Shown piece after piece: positions 13,175 through 26,631 of a DNA stretch of 64,000 nt. The notes under the pieces were generated by a model. That model was given only the letters and a program-made list of their open reading frames with translations, made no database searches and had not been told where the DNA came from. The translations under genes were made by a program, and so were the position numbers. How positions within the stretch are numbered: the stretch's first letter is position 1; the number at the start of each line of letters is the position of its first letter. Origin of the DNA: Squalus acanthias (Eukaryota); the NCBI GenBank assembly GCA_030390025.1, contig CM059434.1:10602001-10666000 (forward strand), written 5' to 3'.

Positions 13175-14974
13175 TTAAAGCCACTCGGCTTCCTTAACGG
13201 GCTACAGCGCGTGGTCAGTGGGAATATTTGTCTTAGTAACGAAGCACAATCAACAGCTTCCTTCGCGACTGTGCCCGAATAAAAGCATTTCTCAAATGAC
13301 ATTTGCATCTCAAACTATAACTGTGCAGTCTGTTCAAAATGCAACCGTGATTTAATAATGCAACCCCTTCCCCATTGTTCTTTTGATCTATATTTAAAAG
13401 TATAAAAAGCTCAACGTGTTTGAATATCTTGAAATCATTCAACCCCCCCCCCCATTAATTTATTTTAATTGTACCTCATTATATTCACCCCACCCCCCAA
13501 AGACCGGCCATTCTCTCTACCAGCATAGACTAGTTGGGCCGAATGCCCTGTCTCTGTGCTGTTGTATTTTATGCAATTCTCAATTAACCCAAAAAAACGA
13601 ATCGCTGATTGGATTTGCCCTTTATGAAAGTGACCTGAAATTGAAAGATACAAAGGGGATACTGAAAGTTCAAGCATTCATATAGAATGGGCCATGCTTC
13701 TTGGGGCCTCAGTATCTTTGTGCCAGGATGGACCTGGATGGGAGCCGGCAGTATTCTCCTGGGTCAATATGCCATCTGATTACTACAGCCAGGTGTGAAA
13801 CCACTTGGAGCAGGTGGGCTCACTGTAGTGTAACGCCAGTCAGTGCAAAGTCACGTTTTAAAAATAGCCAGGCTATTTTGGACCTTCTAACAACTTACTA
13901 AATTTAGCACAGAATTTTCTTTGGTGTTGGGCGAAAGCTAATCTGCATGGCATTCAATGTCAGTGCAGAAGTCCTTCGTTGCTGAACTCAACAGTCTAAC
14001 TCCGATCTGACCATTGCACTATTCAGAGACTCTGCAAGCAACGACTTGAAACGTGCATCTATAGTACGAGGGTGACCCTAGAATTCCCTCTTCACTCCTA
14101 TTTATTCCTAGTAATTGGTCTGTGTTTCCTATTGCAGTTATTCTGATCAAATCCTTCCCTGCCAAGTTACTTACTAACTTTATAGACTGTACATTCCAGA
14201 AGCTCAAACTCCAGGCTTTCTCCATTCGTTGCTTTAACGAGAACGTTACATGAAAGCTCATAATCTTGGCCTCTTGTTGCTGAGCACGGGTGCAATTATA
14301 TCATCAGTAATAACAGCCTATAATTTTCTTATATTTAGAAGAAACCACTATTCACTACTTGTGATACATAAGTACTTTTAAAAAAAGGAACAGAATTTGT
14401 GACGAGTGCTGTAATAAATCCAGAGCTGATGTCTTAACACTCTGGTTAACCGAGGCAGAGTCGATTATCCAGATTCATATTTGCCTCGAGTAGGGCAGAG
14501 CTATATTGAATGGGCGAACAACTAAAACAAGAGTAACTGTCAGCACATACTCCATATTAGTAAACTCCTGCAACAATGCAGGCACAATCCTGCAAACATC
14601 TGTCAATATTACTACTCAGTGACATTTTTGCAAGGTTTATGAGATAACAATTTTCATATGATTCATGGTTGATCGAATCCTTTTAAAGCGCGATTCGGGT
14701 CGAAACCCAATGAGAATTTTTGTGTCCATCGAAATCAATGCTTTACCATATCCCCCCCGATTTCTTTATCCAGATAATTGCTAATTAATAAAAATGATCT
14801 GCTTCTGTTCTACTTGTATTTTAAAAGTGGCCCATTAGGAATTTACAGAAATCTGTTTGTCGGCTGTATTGTACCAGCAAAGCTACACTCTGAAGATTAA
14901 GGAATTTCCCTTAAAATAGAGATTTTTTTGTCTATGTTTCTGACCACCATATGGGCGTTTTTTTTTAATGTCTA

Positions 14975-15330
14975 TTGCAGTGGCCGCCAACACTTGAATA
15001 GCCTTTCAGGCGCACAATGCCAGGAGAAGACGGAAACTATTAAAGTCCCGGGCCAGAAGGTTGGCAAATTTTCGTGGGCAGAATTTTGAGAATACAATCG
15101 CTGGTTATCGCGGGAAGGCAACAAAAGGATTCTCTTCAGGCGGGCAGTGCTCCACATTGTCGCACAAGGATCACAGTCAACAGACTTTTCAGTGAAGTAT
15201 GTTAACCTTTGTGCGACGCTATCATTAATCACTGTCCTGTGAGTTGGACTGTCCAACGCCATTTAGGCTTATACATTCTATAGGAGGAGAATGGGCAGGA
15301 GCAGTGTGAATGGGGCTCTATGCACTGACC
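14975..15330. promoter_or_regulatory. Candidate intron-7 conserved element (distal)
   Basis: Non-repetitive and motif-dense (Sox-like CATTGT/CACAAT/CTTTGT, ATTAAT); position fits known intron-7 enhancers; inference only. Confidence 0.4.
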
Positions 15331-17933
15331 TGTGTACTCAACGGGAAAAAGAAAAATCTCACTTAGCTAAGATTAGAACATTAAAATCTTCACACGGATT
15401 GGTGTTGCAATGTTTCCCCTTTAAAACATTATTTTGCCATGTGTTGGGCTCGCTTGCTGTAGACTGCAAACTACCCGCTGGAGTCAACGCATTCCATTAC
15501 ACTCTTCTCCACAGCTAACCTATGTCACTGCATGGCTTTTGAAGACTCAAGCTAATATTTGCGTCGATGCAGTTATCTCCATTCATTGTTTCTATCTTTA
15601 ACATGGTAGGCCTCCAAAGTGTACAATTTTGGAGGGCGAATTTGCAACCTGTACGTTTTTTCTTTTCCTGCACTTGATCGAAAGCCCGATTTAAATGATA
15701 ACATCTTGAGCTATTTGCTTTTCTTTTCTATTGAGCCGACTGCCAGAAGTGGAGCACAATTCTGTCCTTCAACGAATTCCTAACCACTTTCCCCAAATGC
15801 CCGATTGCCTATTCGGGGAGTATTCGCTGTCCTTAATCATTCTCGTACATGTCGTGGCTACATTCCCGAGCGCTTCTTTCCTGACCTATTTCTAACCGCA
15901 TACGCAAGCTCTCAGTTCTCTCTATAAACGAACAGTGCACGGTACCCAATCGTGAATTAAGGTGAATAAATCATCAAACCCTGCTGTTAAACTTCAAATG
16001 AAAAAAAGTAATGAGGAACGCTCCCAACCTTTAGTCCAAATTGAATACAATATTGACTCTTGCATCTTGCGTTTTAAAACTACGTTTAACAAGAGACGAC
16101 ATGAAGTAAATGTACAGTTCTGTTCTGAAGCATCCCACATCCAACCTTCTACTATATTTGAATACAGGTGAACGGAGACCTAACAATGTTGTCAACTGCC
16201 TCAACCCTATTATTCCTGGTTGTCTTTGATATAAAGGGGGTACAGGAATTAAAAACACACACACACACACACCAAACGACAGACAATTCAGTTATCTTTC
16301 TTTTATGCCTCTTTTAGGGGGAGGGCGTTTTGAAATCTCCTAAAGAACCAATTGAATACCCCGGTCCCTGGTGCTGTTACTCCTGAGAGCTAATCCGTAA
16401 AAAGAAGGATAAATGTGTGTCCTATTATCCCACAGCCAGACCCACTGACGCTGGCGTTAGGATTTGTTGTCTACAATAAGGCGCTGGGAAATAAAATCAT
16501 TCCTTAGTTTCTTAGTGTCTTAATCATTCACGCGGAAAACAAGCAAGGAGATAGCAAACCAATTGCGGCACTTTTCAGCGCTCCGGCTCAGATGAGAAAC
16601 ACTCTGCCCTTCACTATAAACCTTGTGAAAGGAAAAGTGTCTAAATCCTATAGAAGGCTTTAGCCCTATAGGGAAAAAAAGATAAGAAAAAAAACCTGTC
16701 ACAGCGATCCTTAAACCCTAATTCGCTGGAGAATGTCCCACTCCCCTGATTGAAGGGTAGGGTTGATAGAGATGTCTCTCTTAGACTATTGTCACATTAT
16801 TTTTTTTTCCACTGCTGGTTGACATGAATCAGCTTGAAACCATATTCCCCCCGATGAGACCTAACCCTGACTTGTGCTTCGAGTAATGGACTTTTAAAAA
16901 TCTGCTCAAACATCCCGCGCACGAGGTGGGGGCAGCATTAAGAAGCAGTGTGGACATTCGAAAGGGGGTCCCGCTTATTATTTGGGACACACATCTGCTC
17001 AACATCGCTTTATCGGTCAAAGATACAAAGGCTTAGAGACCAGTTAGATAGAGAGGAGCAGTCGTTCGAACTTGGATTTTAAACCAATTACTGCCTCCTC
17101 ATATTATTCCGTGTGTTTTAAACGAGATATTAAATGAGACTTTCTCCTATTTCCAATAATCTCGCTTGCATGATTTTTTTTAAAGCTAATTGAAATAAAA
17201 CTTTAACAGAGAAAGCCCCAGAACTCAGGTTGGCTTCCTTTAATAGTTTATTTGCGTTTTATTCACCTCAACCTGTGGCGAAAAAGTAATTTTAATACGG
17301 TTAATTTTTTACTGTCTGATTCTTCACGTGTTGCACATTGCTCATTGACACGGCGTCTGGCATTCAGAGGTAACACACTCGATTTCTAACCAAGTGCTGT
17401 ACAAATTCAGATAACTTCGAAATGCAGCCAGAATCAGCTGGCCAGAGTATAAAATATTCAATAAACATAAAACGAAACGAAATGACTTCGTATTTTTTAT
17501 TGCCTAAAATGTTTACATTTTTGTATATTTTGTTTATTTCAGTGCAATTTTAGACGCAGGTAAGAGGTGAGATTCAAACTTTCCTTGTGATCTTTCTCGG
17601 ACTATTTAACAGAGGCAATTGTGATTACACGATTGCTATCGGTGTTACAATCTGTCCATGAAGAGGGAAAGTTAATGGTCGGAATTGATAATGAGATTAA
17701 GATTGAGATTTTTTTTAAACTGGCTGACTTTAAATCTGCTATAACTCCGCCTAAATTATAAACTGTTTCGATTTAGAAATGACTTCAGAAACAGATGATA
17801 TAAAGGCATTTCTGCTGAAAACTGTTCAGATACAACACGGCTATCATTGGTAAAACAATCCCTCTGTTTCATGTGAAAGAAATGATTACATTTCATGATC
17901 AGGTGAAGGTAAATTGAATACAGTCAAAGAACG

Positions 17934-18120
17934 ACTTGCATTTCTATAGCGCCTTTCACGTCCTCGGGACGTCCCAGAGCCCTTTTACAGCCAATGAAGC
18001 ACTTTTTGACGTGCAGTCACTCTTATAATGTTGGACACGTGGCAGCCAATGCGCGCACAGCAAGCTCCCACAAACAACATTGTGATGATGACCAGATAAT
18101 CTGTTTTAGTGCTGTTGATT
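17934..18120 (-). mobile_element. Deu-domain SINE 3' fragment
   Basis: Matches the tail half of the other copies. Confidence 0.75.
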
Positions 18121-18349
18121 GCAACGTAACATTGCGCACATTCTATTGTTCAAAATAGAGTTAGCAAGAAGCACGATTGAAAAGGCAACATTTACAGGGC
18201 TGTGGAGAAAGGGTGGGTGAGTGGGTCCAATTGGAGAGCTCTACAAAGAGCACAGGCTCAGGCACGATGGGCCGAATGACCTCTGTTTGATCCTACAATG
18301 CCGTGTCTGTAAATATTTGTTGTTCTAAAGACTTTTTTTGTGTGTGTTC

Positions 18350-18620
18350 CCAAGCAGTGTACAGTATTTTTTAAGGCCCGCATTGACAGTTGCTCATTAA
18401 GGCCTGGCGGAGACTGTGTGTATTTATTAAACAACGATCAAGGGTCCGAATGTAGAGCACTCAAAGCTCGACATGATTCCGCCCGCGGCGTGCACGGTCC
18501 TAACCACTCAAAGCAACTGTCAAGTAAATCCCACCTCCACCGACATCATTACCATGTAATTGCCGTAAACAAGTTTGGATTTCCCTCGCTATCCCTAGGG
18601 ATTCCAATCAACACAATTCA
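18350..18620. promoter_or_regulatory. Candidate intron-7 enhancer (7CE3-like)
   Basis: TGACAG/CTGTCA (Meis), CATTAA, ATCAAG and GTAAACA motifs; order within intron 7 is consistent; name assignment is inferred. Confidence 0.45.
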
Positions 18621-19229
18621 CCTAAAATATCTAGACAGCCTCAACAGTCACTTCGGGTTTCTAGCCCAAACGAACCAGGCCCAAGCCCTGCTCTTAAAAA
18701 CAGCATAGAATGAAATGAAATATTCAAATGATTTTTCTCCGTTATTCAAATCTTGACCTATAGCAGAAATAAAATTTGGCTTGTCTTTTACATTAAAGCA
18801 ATTGCAATAACTTAAAGCATATTTTTTCTTTAAAAAAAAGTTATAATCGCCTTATCCAACAATATATTCAAATTACACCAGCCCAGTGACCTCTTGTATT
18901 CGCACATACAATTCACAGCGGGCTATACAGTAAGTACAATAAAATCGAAATATTAAAATAACCACACGATTTTGAAATAAAATAACATTGGATGCAAATT
19001 TCAGCTATTTAGTTAATATTGGTGTCTTCCTACACTTAATATATAGATCTCTTCAAGGCACCAGAAGGAAATGACTACTTTTACACTCAGTGACTCGGCT
19101 ACCCAGCCTCTCAGCAATGGTTGCATTCCCAGGTTTATTTGTACTCTTACTGTGATGAGTGGCGAGTTAAAGTTGTTTAGAAGTTTGGACTCTGGACTGT
19201 TGAAGCGCCCTTGTGTTGCAATACACTCG

Positions 19230-19660
19230 TTGTTCGTTGTGTCGATGGCTTCATTAAGAGTGCTATAACAAGCTGGGGATATTTTACAGAAAGCAATGCG
19301 CTGCTGTGTATCTTTCTAGTGCCCTTCTTATATTGTTTGCTTCTCAGAAAGCTGACATGTCTAATTGGCAAGTGGTGCGATATGGTGTCCAGGGGTCTCA
19401 TGTGTAACATTTCTACAGCTGTCTCCTAGAACTAGACGCTTATTCATGTTGCTTAATGAGAAACAAAACGCTCTCTAATGAGCAATTACATAGCGACAGA
19501 ATTGTTCCCATAACAAATTCTTGCGTGTGGCAGAAACATCCTTTGTACAATATATTCCGCACACTGTTGCTGATTCTGCGAACAAAAAGCAGGTTGTGGA
19601 CGGGACACCTCCTCCCCAGGCTGATGACTGTCACGCACAGGCTCACTAATGACACACAGG
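19230..19660. promoter_or_regulatory. Candidate intron-7 enhancer (7CE2-like)
   Basis: Dense TAAT/CTAATTGG/AACAAA/TGTCA motifs, no repeats, CNE-like; name assignment is inferred. Confidence 0.5.
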
Positions 19661-20544
19661 ATACAGAAAATGATTCACTCGCCATTCTCTCCCCCCGCAC
19701 CCCCCACCCCAGCCAGTAACATCACATCCAATTACACTGCAAACTATCTCGCTGCTATCGCGATAATAAACAGGGGCTAAACCTTAAACATGAACAACGT
19801 CAGCTCGTCAGTTGACATCAAGGCGAAGAAGGTTATCTATAATAATGTAAGGTCTTAGAACCACTTCCACCTGTGTTCTTGTAAGGTTACTCAAATATTG
19901 GAATATGGTTTACTTCAAAGAATAGAATTATATCAAGCACTGTAGGGTTTTTTTTAAACTAGATATATATCTCAATTTATTCTCCAGAATGACTGGCCCG
20001 GGAGTTGTTTGTGTTCCGAGTTGTGTGGCTCTTGTGCTGTCAACAGAGTGATTGTGTAGTTAACAGAAATGGTCACTTAATTTGCACTAGGCATCCTTTT
20101 GCTTGCTCTTGCTAACTATATTTTCAGCCTTCCCTAACCTTCAGGCAAAGTGATCAAGGAAAAAAAAAACATTTACCAATGATCAGAATGTATTTTTCAA
20201 GAATTAATACTTTCTACATACCTCTCTGGGGCTTTGCAACTGATTGTTTCATTGCGCCGTTTAACCCGTTTACATTCACTGTTCTCCCGAGGGGTAGATA
20301 AAGGCCGCACTATTTACAACAATGATGCGATTTTCCGACTTACGATCAGCGCTGTCGCACAGTTTAAGCTGGTTTTTAATTGCAGGTGATGTTTAGCCAT
20401 TGAAATATAAAAGGGTGAAACTTAAGATGCTGAACTAGACCCTTTATATTAGCATTCAACGTAATTATTAAGTTTAATTCTAAATTTGTAGGTGTGTATA
20501 ATTAGTAATATAGTCATATTTAAAAATTAGGACAGTGGAAGCAA

Positions 20545-20760
20545 TGCTTTGGCCAATTGAATGGAAAGATAATTTTAACACTGGCGCCACACCCGCTCTG
20601 GTTGTAGAGTACCGGAGCAATGTAACAATCCCGTGCATGAATTTATCTAGTTCTTGTCTGAACTTGGAGATGGGAAGGATACGACAGGGCCGCATGAGCG
20701 GGATGATTTGAGCAATTCACCTGAACGGAACAAATTGTTAATCTGCTAAGCACCTGGGGA
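20545..20760. promoter_or_regulatory. Candidate intron-7 element (7CE1-like)
   Basis: Motif-dense block 0.7-0.9 kb downstream of exon 7; inference from position. Confidence 0.4.
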
Positions 20761-21441
20761 CGGGTTCCCTCCGTTAAAGCCGCAATTTAAATGCAAGTTG
20801 TTGTTGGTCGGTATAGCGCCGATAAAGTCCCCGCCGCTTATAGCGGGCACGCTGGTGATTACGTGATTTGCTCGCTATACGGGTTGGACGGTTTCAGTGT
20901 TCAAAAAAAGTTCTGACACGAATTAAACCTTGAAATGGACAAAAAAATTCTTTCAAGGGTCGCCGTGCACAGCGCCATTGTTGCTTCGCATAGAAAATGC
21001 ATCATTTGGTCTCATATGTATTGCCTATTTGCCCTGACTTTCTCTTCTCACAATGATTGTCTGCAGCGTTTTTACAGGTTTTTTTAGGCATTAGTCTGAA
21101 TGTAATTGTCGAATGCAATAAATTGACCTCTTGAACGAAATAAAAGAACAGAGGCAGTGGCAGTAGAGGAATCTGAACTCCACTGAATCTTGGCACTGAG
21201 AGCAGATGACAAACAAATGCCAAAGATAAACATGCTCTACCATACAAAGCTGGTTGGATCAGGTACACCTGAACTGTTTGGTTTGATCTTTATCCTGTCA
21301 TTTACTTAGAAGTTCATCTTAACGAGTTGTGTGGACTACTTGACTGACCACCTGCCCGGAATAGCCGCACATCCGAGCATCACTATATCTGCCCATCTAT
21401 CTACACATACGCTCTACATTGGGTTATCCGCCAGCCAGTTA

Positions 21442-21663
<222 letters not shown>

Positions 21664-21677
21664 TTAAATAACAATGA

Positions 21678-21758
21678 ATGAAAATGCTGGAAACACTCAG
21701 CAGGTCCGGCAACATCCGTGGAGAGAGAAACAGAGTTAACGTTTCGGGTCTGTGACTC
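21678..21758. mobile_element. Penelope-like terminal fragment next to the exon 7 acceptor
   Basis: GAAAATGCTGGAAACACTCAGCAGGTCCGGCAACATCCGTGGAGAGAGAAACAGAGTTAACGTTTC, as at 53495. Confidence 0.65.
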
Positions 21759-22326
21759 TTAAATATCTTGCCGCTCTTAAAGTGATCAGTTTGAATGTTG
21801 AAATGCACATATGCGCGCGATTAATCCCCTACTAAACTAATGTTAAACAGACAAGAATTATGGTTATCTAATCGATACTAATTGATCTATGAAATGCATT
21901 TCATATGAAGCACTAGGGTAGTTCAGTCTCGACTGAATGCTGATAGGTGAAGTATATAGGTGAAGGTTTGACAATATATGCGTTCATCTGCATTCATATC
22001 AATAAGCGGCGCAAAATGAAATCAATCACAAAATCGGGTTTAATTAATACATATGAATTGACACAAAGTTGTGACTGGGTCTACACCAAGTGATTGCGCG
22101 CGTTGCACTGTTAAATAGTGAACAGCCAGCTTTTCACACTCCTCCAATAATCACTACCAAATCCAGGAGTAATCTTTCAAATCATCACTGCAACCAGGAT
22201 TACAACATCATCATATTATCGCTGGATTTAAACAAATTCGCTTCATATCACTGCATATTTATCCATCGAAGAAAGATGGCAATATTTATTTAAACTCCGT
22301 CTTAAATGGCCATAATCTATGAGTTA

Positions 22327-22770
<444 letters not shown>

Positions 22771-22904
22771 CTACATGTATATATATATAAAAAAAAAGGA
22801 AAGCACATACATCAAAAAAAGTTTTACAAATAAAATGGCTCTTTTTGTTTGATAATATATATTTATACAGGTATATAAATATAGTTAAACAATGGTGAGC
22901 TTAC

Positions 22905-22946
22905 TTTTCGATTATCCACTACTTGGACTTTTGCATCAGCATGGGT
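22905..22946 (-). CDS. pax6: Pax6 alternative exon 5a (THADAKVQVVDNRK)
   Basis: 42 nt, tgtag|ACC...AAA|gtaagc; matches the 14-aa 5a insert (human THADAKVQVLDNQN). Confidence 0.96.
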
Positions 22947-23067
22947 CTACAATACAAAAATATACCTTAAATGGCAATGGGAAACGGACCAATATTGCAT
23001 CGATTTCAAGAGAATTTCAGGCGCGTGCCAAAGTTATTTTTAAAAAAAAGTTTCAAACTTAATTTTT

Positions 23068-23159
23068 TTTTGCATCAACATTGGGTCTACAATACAAAAA
23101 TAAACCCTTAAATGGCAGGGGGAAATCTTACCATTTCTCAATCATTTCAAGATAATTTC
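23068..23159 (-). repeat. Degenerate tandem duplicate of the exon-5a acceptor region (pseudo-exon 5a')
   Basis: Aligns to 22929-23018 at about 140 nt offset; identical 21-mer TGGGTCTACAATACAAAAATA at 22942 and 23082. Confidence 0.88.
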
Positions 23160-23316
23160 TTGCTTTTTTCTTGCCAATTGTGAAAGAAATTACTTTGAAG
23201 GTACGAATGCAATTTTTAGGAAGCATTTTTGGATTGTAGAAAACCCCTTCTAGAAAATGTTTCAATAAGCTGATTGCATATGCAATAGTAACACTGTGAC
23301 ATCTTGCATGCGTTTA

Positions 23317-23577
<261 letters not shown>

Positions 23578-24099
23578 TCACAGCGCCCGTCCTTAATCCC
23601 GCCGGAGATCCCAATTGCAAAAAAAAAACTGACCTATAAACGCGCTCTCTTGCTCTAAACACGAAAACTGCCAATCAAAAACAGAATACCTTACGAGCAA
23701 CGAAAGCGTCGGTGTGCTAACAAATCCTCTAACCGAAAGAAACGCAACAGACCACTCAACCTGGACATTGCATTAAACCAGAGAAAGCCAACACAAGCAA
23801 GATTTTCACTAAATTGAACGAGAGAGCGCCTAATCAAGCAACTAACAATTCCTCTTAAACTGACAATGCAAACTCAACTGGATCCAAGATTACAAATGAC
23901 ACATTATCTTCCCGAAATTACAACAGATGCCCCAATGCACCAAAACAAGCCATTTTTTTGCGTTATTAAAAAAAACACCCAGAGAAGGGACAGTAATTGT
24001 AAGCGTATGGAGACTCCTAACCTGAAACTCAGGCTGGTAACCGTGTCCCTGGAGGAAGCTCCCGGCTTATGGAGAGAACCTGTTCTCCTCTCCCTAGGA

Positions 24100-24370
24100 G
24101 CGCCTGCTAAATTGGCTCCACAAAGCCCAGCCACTTAGCCATAAATAAGCTCCGAATATAGCAGGGGAGGCAAACTGATGAGGCTTGCTGACATTTGTCT
24201 CGAAAATCAAGCTAGCTGCACGTCAACTTTGAGCTTAATTTCTAGAAATAAGCGGAAGTCTCCCTGGATAGTGCACGGAAGGATAATTGAAAAGATCAGT
24301 CCCAAACACTTGTGGCAGGCATGTCACTTTATGACACTGTTCCACTTTGAAAATCGCATCGTCACGACAA
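24100..24370 (-). promoter_or_regulatory. Pax6 alpha (neuroretina, intron 4) enhancer / P-alpha region
   Basis: Minus strand GACTTCCGCTTATTTCTAGAAATTAAGCTCAAAGTTGACGTGCAGCTAG...GACAAATGTCAG closely matches the amniote alpha enhancer as I recall it. Confidence 0.8.
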
Positions 24371-26205
24371 ATGGTAGCATGGTAAAACGTCCCTTTCTGT
24401 CCGCATTTGTATATCATTCATAGCGTCTTGCACTATCCTCATTACCCTTAAAGGAAGCCTTCATTTTAAGGTTGCCTGGGGGGCTAGGCGCGGTCACGAC
24501 ACCGGGGACGCGCGCCCTACTTAATTCAACACTGTTTAAAGATGCAAAAACGCTAGCCATTTAAATTTAAAAAAAAATAATCACATGTATTTAACATTTT
24601 TTTAAAAAAGCACATACAGTACATATTTATAACCTTTTTAAGCTTTAAAATGTCTTTGTTGATTAGAACCAGGAGTCCACAGTTACACTTTAACTCCCTT
24701 AATCCTGCTCTGGTACCTGGACATTCATTTAAAAAAATCAAACTAATGACAAATAATGCAGGTTTTTTTGGGGGAAAGTCAAAAGTACCATTTTCACATA
24801 AATTTGAAATACAAGTGTTGTAACTATGATATCGTTTTTTTTTTAAAAAAACAATCCATTAAATTCACATACCACACAGCCATCAGTTCTGAAACGAGCT
24901 GGGCATTCTCAAACACCAGCAATAGGTGCGATTCTTTTAAACGAAACAGTCAGCCCCAGCTACCTGGAGTACTGACGTGTGGGAGTATCGAGTTCCCCCA
25001 TCAAAAGGCTCTGTGTACATTAAGCAGTGTACCTTACACTGACTCACACATGCCCAGGCCTTGACTGCACCCCATCCCGCCCCTCCCCCCCCCCCCCACC
25101 CCCACCCCCCCCCCCAACACTTCCACATGCAAGTTTTATTTTTTAAGAGAAGAGGTCGTACAAACAGAACTTTTTTTTAAAAAAGTACATCTTAATCATT
25201 GTATTAATCTCTGTGCTGGGGCGTGCGGGAATCGCCCGGCGGCAATGATTATGCGCCATGTATTCTATTGCGAGTCATCTAATACGAAAACATATGGTGG
25301 CAATTTGGATGCTATGCAGCATATACACCCAGGAGTTATTAGCACAAAGCCCGCAGTGCCCGCCGCGACCTTTAAACAAACTAAAGGCTTCAGCCGAATG
25401 ATATCTCCTCAGCAATTCGCACACCAGCTTACTCGATCATACACACACACATCCCATTTCAATTAATCCCATTAAGATGAACTTTTAGTTACATCTTCCG
25501 TTCTCAGTGGATATTCTGATGGTACTTTGGAGCGGTTTTAATTTGCTTTCGCAACTAATGTATTTTCCAAAAACAAAAATAATAGATTATTTTTTTTTGG
25601 GGGGGGGGGGGGGGAAGGGGGGAGGGGGCGGGGGCGGGGTGTGAAATTTGGAGCAAACGCCTGAGACTAAATATTATCAATATCCGGATAGAAAGCAGCC
25701 GTGATTGGAAATGGACAAAGAACTCGCGCGCCAGTAAAGCTGCAGATTCAGTTCTGTGGTGGGGTTCCAGAGGCAGAAAAGCAAGCGCTCTTACAAAATA
25801 AGGGTCCACAGGTAACGGAAGGGAATCGCGCCTATTCTTTTTTTTCTTCTACTCAAAGTGGTCAGTAAATTCAGGGAGTCGTTTCTGTTTGGCCTTCAGC
25901 ACGACATCTACTGACAACAAATAACTGGAAGCCCCCTTCAAACACGGCCCCTGTCTGACAGTCGCAACGGTTATATGCCAGCAATTTTACAACACTGAAG
26001 CTAGAAACTGCCGGCGAAAGTCTGGCTGGGTAGCTAATTTAAACGTGTGTTTTTTTTTTACAATTATTATTAATTATGGAACCTGCATATTTGGACTTAA
26101 CACTTGAAGTACGGGGGTGGGGTGGGGGAGAGCGATCTGTTCTTTACGCACATTAATGTTTGGCATTTCTCGGTGATTGATATAAGCACATGGAGCATCA
26201 CTTAC

Positions 26206-26215
26206 TGTTCTGCAT
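26206..26215 (-). CDS. pax6: Pax6 exon 4, coding part (ATG CAG AAC A; MQN); whole exon is 26206-26260
   Basis: ctattag|AATACG...CAACATGCAGAACA|gtaagt; 55-nt exon. Confidence 0.96.
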
Positions 26216-26567
26216 GTTGAATTGTTACACCAGTGTCCCACGTGGCTTGCTTATCGTATTCTAATAGTAATAAAAATAAGCGTTAATCAGGGTCAAGTCA
26301 CAGACAACAAGGTTTTTGGAAACATCTATCATCGCTGAGAAACTGACTCTGAAATACTCTATAAAGAGCACAATTAAAAAAAAAGAATTGCTAAAAACTA
26401 AACAAGTGTCTTTCGCAGAAGCCGCGAGCGGCCACACTGTATATATATATATGTGTGTGTGTGTGTTTAATACAAAGCAACCGCTTGCTGGCATTGAGGT
26501 TTGTTTGAAATTTTCAATTTTTAAATGCTGCCCGAATGATTGAAAGCAATAATATTTCAAAACTTGC

Positions 26568-26631
26568 CTGAAAGCTGTGTTGGCAGTCTGTGACCACAGA
26601 CATCTGTTTGTCACTAGTTAAAGTCTTCCCT
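26568..26631 (-). other. pax6: Pax6 non-coding exon 3 (64 nt) with GC donor
   Basis: ccaatag|AGGGAAGACTTTAACTAG...TTTCAG|gcaagt; both ends match human exon 3 (GGGGAAGACTTTAACTAG...TTTCAG, from memory). Confidence 0.85.

Noticed and set aside
23900-24100. Exact boundaries of exon alpha
   Set aside because: A candidate donor (CAG|gttagg near 24020) exists but cannot be confirmed from sequence alone
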